A stretch of DNA of 25,859 nucleotides from the IMG/VR virus record IMGVR_UViG_3300029543_000199; one strand, 5' to 3'. This document shows, one piece after another, positions 25,826 through 25,859 of this stretch (positions within the stretch are counted from its first letter, which is position 1; each line of letters opens with the position of its first letter). The stretch is from a virus (taxonomy: Duplodnaviria; Heunggongvirae; Uroviricota; Caudoviricetes). The translations under genes and the position numbers were made by a program. The notes beneath the pieces were generated by a model. It saw nothing but the letters and a program-made list of their open reading frames with translations. It was not told where the DNA came from and did not search any database.

Positions 25826-25859
25826 CACAGTGTTTTTTGTTATGAATATGGATATTCAC

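Larger units (their letters stand above)
15891..25859 (+). mobile_element. Second integrative element (ICE-like or phage-like) with dual sigma factors and primase/RecD2 module, continuing beyond the right edge
   Basis: Abrupt codon-usage change after the att region, no housekeeping genes, mobile-element gene families, and arm-type repeats at its left end. Boundary approximate. Confidence 0.7.

Overview
All credible genes lie on the + strand, and the window splits into two compositionally different blocks. Gene content and AGGAGG-type RBSs suggest a Clostridia (Lachnospiraceae-like) host; this is inference. Block 1 (1-~15,730; AT-richer, AGA-type Arg codons) is the replication and nucleotide-metabolism arm of a large temperate phage. 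It carries a DnaB helicase, DnaG primase, DnaE polymerase, SleB-like hydrolase, ThyX, a PD-(D/E)XK-like protein, dNMP kinase, ClpP, PhoH, NrdD/NrdG, Pth2 and dUTPase, and ends in an excisionase and a tyrosine integrase. Next (~15,730-16,200) is an attachment region with about ten TTGCGT(A/C)A arm-type repeats on BOTH sides of a central core, so it looks attP-like. Block 2 (~16,200-25,859; visibly GC-richer, many CGG/CCG codons) is a different element. It carries a DUF3268-like Zn finger, two sigma-70-family factors, several hypotheticals, a DUF1351-like protein, a Zn-finger/TOPRIM primase-like protein, a RecD2 helicase and an AT-rich zeta-toxin-like gene pair. The main points of interest are the attP-like junction between two unlike elements, a 25-bp motif repeated in front of dnaG and thyX, a C-terminal peptide shared by the two unrelated genes flanking dnaE, a primase with degenerate Zn ligands, and structured leaders in block 2. 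All family calls come from motif recognition by eye; no database search was run.
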